Program-made: the position numbers and the translations under genes
The notes under the pieces: generated by a model
The model's database searches: none
What the model saw: the letters and a program-made list of their open reading frames with translations, nothing else
What the model was told of the DNA's origin: nothing
Part shown: positions 43,974 through 56,149 of the stretch, piece after piece
How positions within the stretch are numbered: position 1 is the stretch's first letter
Layout of the letters: each line of letters opens with the position of its first letter
Assembly: GCF_021028975.2 (NCBI RefSeq)
Contig: NC_059427.1
Location: 806,001-870,000 of the forward strand
Length of the DNA stretch: 64,000 nucleotides
Source: Sphaerodactylus townsendi
Lineage: Eukaryota
Reading direction: 5' to 3'

Positions 43974-44699
43974 ATGAGGATTCCCAGTTGTGCGTGTGTG
44001 TGTGCGCGTGCGTGCGTGCATGTGTGTGTGTGGTCTCTGGTCCCTTTGAAGAGGAGAAGAAGCGCAACCGGGCGGCAGACGGCCCTTCCCCATCCCTCGC
44101 CTTCCGTGGGACAAGACGGCCCCCCTGAGAACCGCTGGCACCTTTGCATGTGCGTTTCTTGTCCTGCCACAGCTCTCTCCGGTGCGGGGGTCTTTGCCAG
44201 GGTTTGCTGTGCCCCCCCCCCCCCCCCCCCCCCGTGGGCCTCCAGTGGGCAGCAGCCTCGAAGAGACTGATTGGACCACCCAACGGGATGCTCCCATTTC
44301 CCCTGCAGGGGCAGGGCGGGGGCGGTCAGTTGCAGGAGGGGGAAGCAGAGGCCGCCCTGACTCTTTAACCACTGGCCGGGGCGTGAGCTGTTTGGGGCTT
44401 CTCCACCGGCCCTCCCAAGGGTGGAAGGGGCATGCTTCTGGTCATGTGTTGCCACCCCCGGGCCACTGAGCTGAGAACACAGTGCGAGTCTAGCCCGGGC
44501 CAAGTGCAGGCGGGGAGCCAGGATTGCCTGTGATGCCCCCCCGCCCCCCCGCCCGCAATGTCAACAGCACAAAACGTCCTGCGATGGATCCTGAGCCTGC
44601 AAAGGACCGTCTCTTGTCTGCCTGGCTTCCCAAATCTCCCTCCTGCCTGTGAGCCCTGTGGGGCCGTCTGAGCATCCCACAGAGTGCCCTTTTGTGCAG

Positions 44700-44705
44700 A
44701 ATAAA
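44700..44705 (+). terminator. Probable TAPBP polyadenylation signal AATAAA
   Basis: First AATAAA seen after the stop codon; GU-rich downstream. Confidence 0.65.
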
Positions 44706-45099
44706 CACCTTTGGGGAAGGGCGTGTCCTGTGTGTTGCTTTGGGGGCAGAGGGGGCAGCAGCAGCATCTGTGCTGTGGGGAGGGGAGGGGTGCCTTCCAG
44801 CGGCAGATGAGGCCTCCCCTGGGTGGGGGGGGGGGGGCTCTGGGATGGAAAACACCGGAAGGTTTTGGGGGGTGGGGCCTGAGGAGGGCGGGGGCTGGGC
44901 GGGGACCTCAGTGGGGCGTGAGGCCGCCCTCCAAAGCAGCCATTTTCTCCAGGGAAACTGATTTCTGCCGCCTGCAGATGGGGCTGCTGCCAACCCCCAG
45001 GGGGTGGCTGGAGACCGCTTGGAGAGGTGCATCAGTTCACCTGGAAGGTGGACTCCCTGGCACGAGACCCCCCCCCATAGAAGCCCCTCCCTCCACGGG

Positions 45100-45420
45100 C
45101 GAGCCCTAGACACGCCCTTGCCCGTGGGAGTCCCGCCTCCCTGCAGGCAGCGGGGACCTGCTCTTCGCGCATGCGCACTCTCCGGAAAGGCCCCCTTCGG
45201 CGGCCCTGGACCAAGATGGCTGCCGAGCCTTCGCCCTCGCCCAAGATGTCCGGGCTCCTCGGCGGCTTCGCTTCCGGAGCGGGCGTCTTTACGTGCTGAT
45301 TGGAGGGCGGTGCGGGGCTTCGATTGGCCAGCCGACGGGGAACGGAAGTGGTGCTTCTGCGGCGCCGCCGAGGGGACTCCGGGCAGCCTCCACGTGGGTT
45401 GAGTCCGTCCGGGGGTCGCC
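45100..45420 (+). promoter_or_regulatory. WDR46 CpG-island promoter
   Basis: NRF1-like GCGCATGCGC at about 45167, ETS CGGAAG, YY1-like AAGATGGC, ATTGG boxes; Kozak gtcgccATGG at 45421. Confidence 0.7.
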
Positions 45421-48327
45421 ATGGAGAGGCCCGCGAAGAAGGTGAGCGGCCGTTCCCCCCCCCCCGACTGTCTCTGGGGGAGATGGGACGGGGCGTCTCG
45501 AGGGCTGGAGTGGAGCCTCCTTATTGCGGGGCAGTGTATCCGAAGGCTGGTTGGGGCGGGGCGGAGCCGTGCTGTGGCTTTCCCTCTTTGGAGTGGGGTC
45601 GCCAAGCTCAGGTTGGAAAACTGCAGGAGATTGGGGGGGAGGGGGGATTTCAGCAGGATGCGATGCCATGGAGCCCCCCCCCCTTTCTCCAAAGCGGCCA
45701 CCCTCCCGGGGGGAACTGAGTTGGATTCCACTAGATCTCCACGCCACTCCTGGAAGTTGGCAGCCATAGAGGGCGCCCCCCCCCTTAAGCAAATCCCTTA
45801 CTCCCGCATCTGTTAGTGAGCTGGAACCTCCGTTTCAGGAACAGTCTACCTCTACACGCCGGTTTTTCAGAACTCAAAAGCTGAGGCTTGGCCGGGGGCT
45901 CTTGGAAAACCAATGGCCGTGAGGATAAGTTTGTGGCATTCATGTTCATACCGGAGGATCAGCTGTGGGGGAGGCCCCCACCCCCACCCCCACCCCCACC
46001 CCCGGCCGCTTCTCGCCCTACTGGAGTGCTTCCTGGCAGCTTTGGCTTGAGCTGAAAAGCCCCCCGCCCCCGCCCCCCCCCCCGCTGGCCCAGGAGCCCT
46101 GGCCTCCGCTCTAGAGGTGTGGCCAACGAGCCTTCAGCATCCCGGGACATTCCTGTAATAAACCGTCAGAGTGCCCCTGAGCATGAGAAGTGTGCCTTTT
46201 CCTCAGCCTTTGCAGAGGGGCCTCCAAAGGGCAAACTGTCTTTCAGGTGGGGGGAGCCAAGTCAGCCTGAGGGAGCAGAACAGACCTGGGGCCCGGCCGA
46301 TCTGGCCAAGTGAACTTTGACTCACAAGAGCTTCACCGCCGCTGCCCCCCCCCCCCCGCCCGGGATGCTGAAGGTGCTGCCGGGCTCAACATTTGCCTTG
46401 CCGGCGGGCATCCCTTGACTCCATGGGGAGGCCAGCTTGGCGGGTCCTCTGTACTCTCACAGTCTCCAAGCGCTGTTTGGTGATGCTGTTCCCCTCTGCG
46501 TGTGTGTGTGTGGGGGGGGGGCATCTGCCTTCCTCTCTGGAGGACTTCTGTCTCTTCCCCAACTCCACTTTTTCAGGGTCAGCGTGGTTTGGATTTATGC
46601 CTCGGTAGCGCATCACAATCTGTAAATGCAATAAAACTATCTGACAATTGGCACATCTCTATCGAAGATTTCTATCATTTGAGCCAGCGTGGTGTGGTGG
46701 TTAAGAGCAGGTGGATTCTATTGTGGGGAACCGAGTTTGATTCCCCACTCCTCCACCTGGGTGGCAGGGGCTTATCTGGTGCTTCCGCAGTCCTACTTTC
46801 CTGCTGGGTGACCTTGGGCTAGTCACAGTTCTCTCTGAGCTCTCTCAGCCCCACCTGCCTCACAAGGCGCCTGTTGTGGGGAAGGGAAAGGAGCTTGTCG
46901 GCCACCTTGAGTTTAATTGACAGGAGAGAAAGGTGGGATATGAATCCAAACTCCTCCTCTTCTTCTACATGTGTAATATTTAACCTGAAGAGCCCCCTGC
47001 CAGCTGTTGCCCCCACCCTCAGAGGCCCCCCCCCCGCCTTTTCGAGCTTGGAGGCACCTTTGAGAGTCTGACTCCGTGTGGTGGGCATGGCTCCCAACAT
47101 GTCTGCAGCCAGAGCCGGCCCCCGACAGGCCCCCCTGCTCTGGGGGCAGCTGCTGCCGGAGCAGCATTTCTTAAAAACTTGCACAGCTAATCAGATCTCC
47201 CACAGCCAATCAGAAGCCTGGCTGGACACAAGCCCCGCCCAGCCTCACCCACGTTCTGATCATACTCAGCACCCGCAAGCACCATGTTGGGGACCCCCCT
47301 CCCCCCCCACACACACATCCAGGGTCAGCCTTCCCATTGGAGGCCTGCGGGATCTCTCCTGAGCCAGACGGACAGCCTTTCTGCCTGCCTTCGCATCCCA
47401 GAAAAAGAGGCCCCAGCGATACTGGGAAGGGGACGTCAGCAAGCCTGAATCTGAGCGGGCCGAAGAGCCTCCAGCCTCCAAGAAGACCCACCAGGATGTG
47501 GCCCACGTGGAGAAGAAGCCAACCCCAGGCGGCAAGGGACGGGCTTCACAGGTAAGAGGGGGTCGGGGGTCCTCTGCTGGGTTGTGGTTGAGAGCCAACA
47601 TCATGTAGTGGTTAAGAGCAGCAGTATTCCAATCTGGGGGACTGGGTTTGTTTCCGTGTTCCTCCACATGAAGCCTGCTGGGTGACCTTGAGTCAGCCAC
47701 AGTCTTCTCACGACTCTCTCAGCCCCACCTGCCTCACTTTAAGGTGTCTGTTGTGGGGAGAGGGAGGGAAAAGGAGTTTATAGGCCACTGTGAGGCTCCT
47801 TACAGTGAGGAGCTGTGAGGCTCCTTACAGGAGAGAAATCCAAACCTTTCTTCTCTGTTCTCCTCTGCAGTTGCCGGCCTCATCTTTGCGCAAGGCGGAT
47901 CCGTTCCCCGGGGCAGCCGTCGTCCCCCGCAAGCGAGTGGAGAAGTTCCAGCGAGGGACCAAGCCCGAGGTGGGGAGGGCTGCTCCTGCCCCGCCAGGCG
48001 AGGCCCCCTCCCTTGGCCTTGGGGCCGGGCCTGCCACTGAGCCCTCTTTGTGCCCGCTCTGCAGGGGAAGGCGTCTAACCAGCAGCTGCGGCGCCACCTG
48101 GCCCTGCAGGAAGAGAAGGCCGAGGCAGCGGCCAAGCAGGCGGCTCGAATGGATCTGCTGCTCCTGGAGGACCCTGGGTAATTTCCCCACCCCAGTTTGT
48201 CAGCGTCTCTGGAGTGCCCCCCCCCCCAGCCTTCTTGTCCTCTCCCTTTGCCCTGGCAATGCCCAACTGCGCTGGGCCGTTCCTCTGCAGGGCACTGATG
48301 CCCCTGGCTGGCGGGTGGGTTGGTGGG

Positions 48328-48376
<49 letters not shown>

Positions 48377-51300
48377 GGGGCCGACTGAATCCACCCCTCA
48401 GAGAGAGACAGGACCCTGCCTCTTTGGCCAGGCCTCGGCCCCTGCCGCAGGGAGGCCCCCTGCCTGCCTGCCTGCTGCTGACCTTTGCCCTCTGACACAC
48501 ACATACCCGCCTCTCTCGTCTGGCATGACAGGACAGAGGACTGTGGCTCTGATTGGTGCTGACGGAAGGGGGAGGGGCTTCTTGGCAAACCTTCCCAATG
48601 AGGACTAGAAACCTGCTCTTTCAGAAGGACTTTTCTGATGCTGGATCGTCCACCTGATGGGTCGTCCCTTTGGTTGCTGTGAAGGAGCTTCCTTCCTTCC
48701 TTAACCACACCCCCATTCCAGAGGGGAGCATCCCCAGCCCCCTTCCCCTTTGGCTGACTGGGTGTGCCCCACCCCCCACCCCCTGCGCTGAGCCCCCCGT
48801 CTCTCCCTCCTCCCACAGCTTCCTGGAGGGCGAGGAGGGCGAAGACACTTGCACCATCCGCCAAGCAGACATCGCCGATGCGGTGGACCTGGCTTCTGCC
48901 GCCAAGGTGAGGGGGCCCTGCTGGGAGGCTGGGGGGGGGCACTGAGAGGGGGCGGGGTGTGTGGCCACCTGGTCTCTGACCTGGCCTCTCTTCCCCACGG
49001 CAGCACTTTGAGCTGCGGCTGGACCAGTTCGGCCCCTACAGAGCGAGCTACACGCGCAACGGCAGGTGAGAGGCAGGAGGGGGGCCTACCTTGGGAGGCT
49101 GGCGTTCAGGGGGGCCTCAGTGGCCTCTGGTCTCCAAGGCCTCTCCTCACATTCTGTTCCCCAGGCACCTCCTGCTGGGAGGGCGCCGTGGCCACGTGGC
49201 GGCCCTCGACTGGCACACGAAGGCCTTGATGTGTGAGATCAACGTCATGGAGACCGTCACGGACCTGGCGTGAGTAGGGTGGGGGCGGGGGGAGGAGTGG
49301 GGGGTCACAAGATGGCCGTGCCTCGCATGGAAAAGGAGAGAGCCCGTGGTCACCACAAGCGCCCAGAGCCTCTTGGCTGTATAAGAGAGCGAGGATTTGG
49401 GAAGCGCAGGAGCTCAACATTTGCTCCTCGTGCTGAATTTCAACCCCAGAGTTGGCTCTGTTGTGGTGTGGTGGGCAGAGTCCTGTCCTGGGGAGACCTG
49501 GGTTCAAATTCCTGCTCAGCTGGGAAGCTTGGGGGGTCCCCTCGGTTCCTTCATGGGGCGGTTGTGGGGATTATTAAGCCCCCCAAACCCCTTGCGTTCC
49601 TTGTCAGGCAAAACTTCCAAGTTGCTTCTGGGGTGATGGCAGCTGCCCGGTCCTCTCACACACACACACACACACACACGCACACACACACGGCATTTTT
49701 TCTTCTGTGTTGTGGATCACGGCCGGAATCACCGGGTTGTTGTTGGTTTCCTGGGTTGTATGGCCGTGTTCCAGTGGCATTTTCTCCTGGCGTTTCACCT
49801 GCATCTGTGGCCAGCGGCATCTTCAGAGGATCCCAGAGGCTTTTTCCTTCTTCTTCCTCCTCTCCCAAAGTTGAGTCTCTTGGACTCTCTGTGGAAGATG
49901 AGATAGCCTACCTCGCAGGATGGTTGTCGGGATACCTTGATAGAATATAAATGCCAGAAGCATCTCTTTTTTTTCCTTTTAAAAATATAATATTCATTGA
50001 GTTTTATTAACAACTGTGGGATTCAATGTCCCACCTTGGTAATTGAAACTCTTACAGAAGAAAAAAAATTGAATGAAAAATAGAAGTGTTCTTGAATGCA
50101 GAAACCATACGTGAAATCCTCCCCCCACCCATCTAAAGGGCCAACAGGTTGTGAAGTTTTGAGATCTGGGTGTGATTGGCTGGTTTTGCTAGGGGGCTGG
50201 GGCGGGGGGGGGGGGCTTTCTCTGCCTGGCAACTGTTGCTCCCCCACCTCCAGTGTGGTGTCGCAGTTAAGAACTGGTGGACTCTTATCTGGTGGATTGG
50301 ATTTATTTCCCCGCTCCTGCACATGAAGCCTGCTGGGGTGACCTTGGGGCAGTCCCGGTTCTCTCCAGACTCTCACCTGCCTGCCAAGGTGTGTCCGTTG
50401 TGGGGAGGGGAAGGGAAAGGAGTTCATCAGACCCTTTGAGTCTCCTGACAGGGGAGAAAGGGGAGGTATAAACGCAGACTCTTCCTCTCCTGCCCCTCTG
50501 CTGGCAGGTGGCTGCACACGGAGACCATGTTTGCTGTGGCCCAGCGCCAGTGGCTGTACGTGTACGACAACCAAGGCGTGGAGCTGAACTGCTTGAAGCG
50601 CTTCCACAGAGTCCAGCGGATGGAGTTCCTGCCCTACCACTTCCTGTTGGCCACAGCGGTGAGGGGGGTGGGGCTGGGGTGGGGAGCGCCCTGCCCCTTT
50701 GGCCCCCGCTTGCTGAGGGGTCTCTGTCAGACACCGCAGGGAGAGCGTGAAGGGCGGCGCCTGGGGACTGTTGCTGGCCTCCCAGCCTCTAGTTGGTTAT
50801 CCGCAGATGTCCAAAACTGGGCCTTCCTCCGACTTCTGCGGCACCCGGATTCCAAGCGATGCTCGAGGCCCAGAGTTTCCTTGGAGCTGAGTCAGTTTCT
50901 TGCCAGCTCAGTGGTTCTCGACCTTCCTGATGCCGCTGCCCTTTAATTCAGTCCCTCATGTTGTGGTGACCCCCGAACCCTGACATTTGTCCATTTTACA
51001 GATGGAGAACACTGATGCAGAGAGTCTTAGGCGACCCCTGGGAAAGGCTCGTTCGACCCCCAAAGGGGTCCCGACCCACAGGTTGAGAACCACTGTGCTA
51101 GAGAGTCACCCAGACCAGAGATGTGTGTCGTTGTCGCCCACCCCCCCTCCGGCCACACACACACACACTTTTTTTTCAGCCTGTGGGCATTTTTAGAATT
51201 CTGGCACGGCCACAAAATGGCCACCAGAGAACGTGGCACCAACCACAAAATGGCTGCCGCAGGAGGTGGAGACAGCCGTGAAATGTCAGGGCGTGAGGTG

Positions 51301-52092
51301 ACGCTCTTCAGTCCTTCAGGCAGAAGATCTGATTGTTGGCCCGCCTCTTAAAATGGACCCGTTGAGACCTTCGGGTCGGGGGAGCCGCTGCTGAGGAATC
51401 AGCCTTTTTAACAGTTGGCGCGACCTTCCGGTCTCCGGCGGCCAATCAGGAGCCACGCCGGGCTCTGCTCGCTTCCCAAAAGCGCTCAGCAGGGGTCAGG
51501 GAGGATGCTGGGGTCCCTCACCCAGACAGCCCAGGGGAGCCGCTGCCCCCTCCTCTCAAAACCTAGTTCCCAAAGGAAGCCCCCCCTCCCTCCGCTGCTG
51601 GTCTGCGCCGGCTTTTGACAAAGCCCCACGTTGGGAGGAAGGCACCCCTCCTTGTCCTACTCCCCCCCCCTTCCCGGCTGCAGTCACAGTCTGGTCTCAC
51701 AAGTGAAGGGGTTGGGGCCGATCTCTGGTTTTCGTTGTTGGCTTCAAGGGGTGGCTTTGCCCCCCCCCCCCCACAAACACACATCATCTGCTCTTCGCCC
51801 CTTCAGGGCCGACATCTCCCCCCTCTTCTGCCCACCAGCCCCTCCTGCAAGAGAAAGCCAGACGGGGCCCAAGGGAGGGGGGCTTCGGGAGTGCCAGGCG
51901 CGGGGGGGGGGGGCACCTTGCTGGTCTGACGGCCCTTCCCCTCCCTCACAGAGCGAGACGGGCTTCCTCCAGTACCTGGACATCTCCGTGGGGAAGGAGG
52001 TGGCCACCATCTGCACCAAAGGGGGGCGCCTCGGCGTCATGGCCCAGAACCCCTCCAACGCCATCGTCCACCTGGGGCATAGCAATGGTGAG

Positions 52093-52143
<51 letters not shown>

Positions 52144-54586
52144 GTCAGCCCCGGACTAACCCCCCGTTCCCCCCCCCCCCCTTCCAGGCACGGTGACGTT
52201 GTGGAGCCCCAATATCAAAGAGCCCCTGGTGCGAATGCTGTGCCACCGGGGGGCAGTGAGGGGCGTGGCCGTGGACGGGTCTGGGACGTGAGTGGAACGT
52301 TTCTTTGTTTGGGTCTTTATTGAAGCGTTCAAGTGCCGCCCTGAGTCTGCCTGTGGGTGGGAGGCCGAGAGGCGGCACAGCCGCTCCCCACCGTCGTTCC
52401 AAATGCTTTCTGTGAAAGTCGGCAATGAACTAGCCAGTCCCCAGGCCCCCCCTGTGGTCCTTGGCAAGCTGCCCCACTGATTCAGGCCCCCTCTAAACCC
52501 CCAACCGGGGGCGGGGCTTGCTGGCAGCACTTCCTGGAGACCTCCAAGGGGCAGAGGCCCCCCCTCCGCCCCTTCCCAGGGAGTCTGTCCCACATAGCCG
52601 GGGCCATGAGAGAAGATCCTTGTAGGTTCCGAGCGATGCGGGGGGGCGGGGGGCGGAGGCTGCCTGAAGACTGGGGGTGTTGTGGGGGGAAGGGGCTAGG
52701 GAGGGGTCCGAGGCTGCTAGGCGGCAAAGGGGGGCCAGGGGTCGATGGCCACGCCCTCTGCTCTCTCCTGGCAGGTACATGGCGACCTCAGGGCTCGACC
52801 GGAAGCTCCACGTCTACGACCTGCGGGCCTATCGGCGCCTCCACTCCCTGCTGCTGCCCATGGGGGCCGGGCACCTGGACTTCAGCCAGCGGGGGCTCCT
52901 GGGGGCTGCTTGTCAAGAGGTGGTCCAGGTATCTTGCGGAGGGGGGGGGGCACCAGGTTGGCGGGTGGGGAGAGAGACCCAGGATCCGTGAGAATTTTGG
53001 ACTGGAACTGCTACACTCTGACATCTCCTGTGTGTGGCTCACTTGCCCAAGGCCCCCAGGAAAGGATCTTTGGGAAGAACCAGTCGTGCACTTGGGGGGC
53101 GGGGGGGGCTCATCAGTATGGCGCAGGGGTTAAGAGCAGCAGGTGGACTCTAATCTGGAGAAACAGGTTTGATTCCCCACAACTCCACAGGAGCGACACA
53201 TTCTCGTCTGGTTAATTGGGTTTGTCTCCCCGCTCCTCTTCATGAAGCCTGCTGGGTGAACTTGGGCCAGTCTCAGTTCTCTCAGAACTCTCTCAGCCTC
53301 ACAGGGTGCAGGGAGGGGGAAGGGGAAAGGAGCCTGAGAGCTGCTTGTGAGACGCCTTGGAAGGCAGAATATAAAAACCGGCTCTTCTCATGCCAGCCCC
53401 CCCTCCCCCCTCCCTGTGAATGGCAGCTGGGGAGGAGACCAAAGGACCCCCCTCCCCAGGGCGGGGCTGGAGTTGTCCTCCCTGCCGGGGGACTTGTGGC
53501 TCCTCCTTCCCCAGACGTGGCGCTTCTGAGCCCTGGCAGAATCTCCCCCCCCCCTCCCCCCGGGGATGTTTCAGCCCCTCCCAATTTTGTGCCCTCGGCT
53601 AAACTCGCTTCCGGCTTTTGCGTTGTCAGCAGCCGACAGTTGGGCAGAGTCTGCGTTTGATTCCTGGAATTCCCAACATCCCCTGACTGGATGTCTAAAC
53701 CGGTTAAGCAGGTGGGGGGGGGTGTCGCTGCAGGCTCGAGCCTTTGGATTTATATCCCCCCCCCTTCCCGTAAGGAAACTCCCGGTGGCCGACAAGCTCC
53801 TCTCCCTTCCCCTCCCCACAACAAGTGAGGCAGGTGGGGCTGAGAGAGTCCTGAGAGAACCAGGAGTGGCCCCAGGTCACCCAGTGGGAATGTATCGGAG
53901 TGGGGAAATAAAACTGGTTCACCAGATAAGTCTCTACCTGATTCTCCAGATTAGAATCCACCTGCTCTTAACCACTATGTCACGCAGGCTCTCTGAGCCA
54001 TCTGGGGGCTGCATTCCTGTCCAGGTGCATAAGAAATACCAGGCTGGACCCAACCAGGGGGCCGGGGGGTGCCTCCTTTGCCAGAACCCCAGAGGTGCCC
54101 CAGATGAGGCTCTGGAAACGGCCTCCTGCTCCGTTCTGCGCCAGGCAGCCTGGGAAACAGGCCCCTCCCCCCAGTGCCCAAAGCCGCCCCCCCAGGTCTT
54201 GCCCCTGTTGCCCGCCCTCCCCACCGCCTCTTTCCTTCCTCCCTCCCGCCCAGGTGTACAAGGACATTTCGATCTGCCCGCCCTCCAAGCCATATATTTG
54301 CCACGCCCTGCCACGGCCTGCCCACGGCCTCCGCTTCTGCCCTTTTGAGGATGTCTTGGGGGTCGGTCACGAAGAGGGCTTTGCCAGCCTCCTCGTGCCA
54401 GGTAAGGGAGCCCCCCCCCTGGCTGGGAGGGGCTGGGGGGGGCTGCTCCACCGCCCGCTCAGGGCCTGGCTCAGACTGGTGCTCGTTGCAGGCGCTGGGC
54501 AGCCCAACTTCGATGCCCTGGAGAGCAACCCCTTCCGGAGCCGGAAGCAGCGGCAGGAGTGGGAGGTCAAAGCCCTGCTGGAGAAG
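45421..54586 (+). CDS. WDR46: WDR46 (BING4/Utp7), 3'-partial; exons 45421-45441, 47402-47551, 47871-47969, 48065-48177, 48819-48906, 49004-49065, 49165-49269, 50508-50658, 51952-52087, 52188-52287, 52775-52928, 54254-54401, 54492-54586
   Basis: [44 protein letters not shown]|[55 protein letters not shown]. All phases are consistent; last exons missing at the N gap. Confidence 0.94.
46681..46965 (+). mobile_element. Squam3-like tRNA SINE
   Basis: gagccagcgtggtgtggtggttaagagc head; ctcctcctcttcttct tail. Confidence 0.85.
47590..47855 (+). mobile_element. Squam3-like SINE abutting the WDR46 exon 3 acceptor
   Basis: Head at 47590; tail aatccaaacctttcttctc runs into the polypyrimidine tract. Confidence 0.8.
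48326..48374. repeat. (GCAG)n microsatellite
   Basis: About 12 tandem units. Confidence 0.95.
49712..49835 (-). mobile_element. Penelope-type element with the best-preserved hammerhead core (49786-49829)
   Basis: Minus strand: CCT-CTGAAGA-TGCCGCTGGCCACAGATGCAGGT-GAAAC-GCC-AGG. Confidence 0.7.
50250..50490 (+). mobile_element. Squam3-like SINE abutting the WDR46 exon 8 acceptor
   Basis: Tail ggtataaacgcagactcttcctctcc runs into the acceptor ending at 50507. Confidence 0.8.
50909..51095. mobile_element. hAT (Charlie-like) MITE
   Basis: TIRs cagtggttctc/gagaaccactg; a close relative lies in opposite orientation at 55274-55459. Confidence 0.85.
52093..52141. repeat. 49-nt poly(C) tract in a 100-nt WDR46 intron
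   Basis: Homopolymer. Confidence 0.9.
53113..53389 (+). mobile_element. Squam3-like SINE
   Basis: ggttaagagc..ggactctaatctggag..ggtttgattcccc. Confidence 0.8.
53743..53981 (-). mobile_element. Squam3-like SINE, inverted relative to the 53113 copy
   Basis: tttggatttatatccc ... gctcttaaccactatg. Confidence 0.8.
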
Positions 54587-55080
54587 GTAACGTGGGGGGT
54601 TGGGTGGTGGGGGAGGTCCTCTCCCCCCTTGTCGCTGGGAAGGGTCGTATCCTGGAGGGGGGGCCTTAAAGGACAGTGCAGAACAGAGAGAGCGAAGGAG
54701 ACCCTCCTGCCGCCCGCGCAGATGAGCACAGACTCTGCAGGAAGCGGTCAGCGGAGCGGAGAGTCTGGGAGGCTCAAGCAAGTCAGCCAAGCTGCAGAGG
54801 CAATCAGGGGAATGGGAGGGGGGAATCCCAGGTCTCCCTTCATCCCGAACAGCAGGCAAAAGGAGGGGGGCAGGGCCAGCGTCCTGCGGAGAGAGGCTTC
54901 CTCAGGGTGGGACCCTGCCTGCCCCCCCCCCCCACCGAGACGAACCCAAATATCTCAGCCGGAGCTCCATCTGGCCAGCCCAGGAAGCCCAGATGTGCCA
55001 GGTCACAGCTCGGTCGCTGTGGGCGGGTGGGTGGGTGCCACCCAGCTCCTCCTGGTGAGGCCGGTCGGCTGTGGGGTAAC

Positions 55081-55163
55081 NNNNNNNNNNNNNNNNNNNN
55101 NNNNNNNNNNNNNNNNNNNNNNNNNNNNNNNNNNNNNNNNNNNNNNNNNNNNNNNNNNNNNNN
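55081..55163. other. Assembly gap (83 N), probably hiding the WDR46 3' exons
   Basis: N run; no WDR46 C-terminal exons found after it. Confidence 0.95.
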
Positions 55164-55273
55164 TTTGACTGTGTGTTCCTGCATTCCAGGGGGGTTGGAC
55201 TTGATGGTCCTTCTGGTCCCTCCCAACTCTATGATTCTGGACTGTGACTGGAATAGTGCCTGTGCCTTTAGCT

Positions 55274-55459
55274 CAGTGGTTCTCAATCTGCGGGTCGGGA
55301 CCCCTTTGGGGGTCAAACGACCCTTTCCCAGGGGTCGCCTAAGACTCTCTGCATCAGTGTTCTCCATCTGTAAAATGGCTAAATGTTAGGGTTGGGGGTC
55401 ACCTCAACGTGAGGAACTGTATTAAAGGGTCGCAGCATTAGGAAGGTTGAGAACCACTG
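55274..55459. mobile_element. hAT (Charlie-like) MITE
   Basis: TIRs cagtggttctcaa/ttgagaaccactg. Confidence 0.85.
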
Positions 55460-56149
55460 CTGTACCCAGTGGCCTGTTTTGTGCCGCAGACAAAATCTTT
55501 TTCCCCACCTCTCACTCCTTGGCTGCAGACAGATCAGATTGTGGCCGATGCCAGAATCCACAAATGTGGACTCCCAATTTGGGGGGTGGGGGGTGGGGAT
55601 TCCTTTCCCTTGATCTGCCAGCCCTGTTCTTGGGAGGGTTTGATTCCTGGGAAGAGAGACTGGGGTGAGGGGTTTCCTGCCCGCAGGCCACGAGAGGGGC
55701 TGAACCCCAAGAGGGAGAGGGAGAAAGGGCTGCAACTTTGTAGATGAGCCCTGGCACTTAAACCAAGGAGCGCTGTGCCTGCTGTGAGCAACGGAGGTCT
55801 TCTCTGAACTCAAAATGGAGGGAGACCCCCACCCTGGAAGATTAAAAGAAGGGGTTATTCTCCACACTGTTTTGTCCAAAACACAGGGCCCTTTCTGCAC
55901 ACGCACAGTCAGTCCACTTTCACAGTTGTGGGTCTGGCTATTCCACGCAGTCAAATCCAGCTTCAAAGCGCATTGAAAGTGGATTGGAAGTGCATTATTC
56001 TGCATGCACAGAAAGGGCAACAGATGCACATCCATGGTTATTCCCACCGCCCGTGAAGGAAAGCACCTGGCTGAAGCGCACCCCAGGGTTCAGATGGGAG
56101 ACCCAGAACACTGTGACCCCCCCTTATAAGGGTCAGAGGGTCATGCATT

